DNA of 25,545 bases, taken from positions 1 through 25,545 of IMG/VR virus record IMGVR_UViG_3300032318_001497; one strand, given 5' to 3'. Below are positions 25,425-25,545 of this stretch, piece after piece (position 1 is the stretch's first letter; every line of letters starts with the position of its first letter). This DNA comes from a virus (lineage: Duplodnaviria; Caudoviricetes). A program made the position numbers and the translations under genes. The notes below the pieces were generated by a model. That model had not been told where the DNA came from. It did no database searches and saw only the letters and a program-made list of their open reading frames with translations.

Positions 25425-25545
25425 TAACTTACTTTAACCATAAAGTTTTAAAAATATAGTTCTCTTACATAGGACGGATTAGCACCGTTGAAAGACAATC
25501 TTTGGCTTCGTGGGAGTAGCTACCCAATGAAGTATAAATGGCCCA

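Noticed and set aside
1-25545. Stop-codon reassignment as seen in some crAss-like phages
   Set aside because: Long genes are intact in the standard code, and TAA, TGA and TAG all end genes at sensible junctions.
22680-25545. CRISPR array or tRNA genes
   Set aside because: No repeat-spacer periodicity and no cloverleaf or T-loop consensus was seen by eye.

Overview
AT-rich window from a crAss-like (Crassvirales-type) phage, most likely infecting Bacteroidota. Family calls come from motif recognition and gene order; no searches were run. Positions 1-22680 are a minus-strand late block. Read in transcription order it contains a small basic peptide, a RepL-like protein, GroES, an HU/IHF-like protein, a DEDDy exonuclease, an HExxH protein, terminase large subunit, portal, scaffold-like protein, major capsid protein, ring/auxiliary-capsid/tail-hub-like genes, fibres, a six-gene lysis cassette, and IHF-like and ring genes. 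Positions 22680-22965 are a repeat-rich strand-switch region that may hold an origin or regulatory hub. Positions 22968-25545 are a plus-strand block of small membrane proteins and lipoproteins, an SSB-like gene and structured RNA candidates. About ten sub-60-aa ORFs missing from the supplied track were read by hand. The standard genetic code fits and no recoding is evident. The most notable items are the DUF5675 plus u-spanin lysis cassette, the RepL operator/inverted-repeat system, a stand-alone 21-aa peptide transcription unit, and two fibre paralogues sharing an N-terminal module and near-leaderless promoters.
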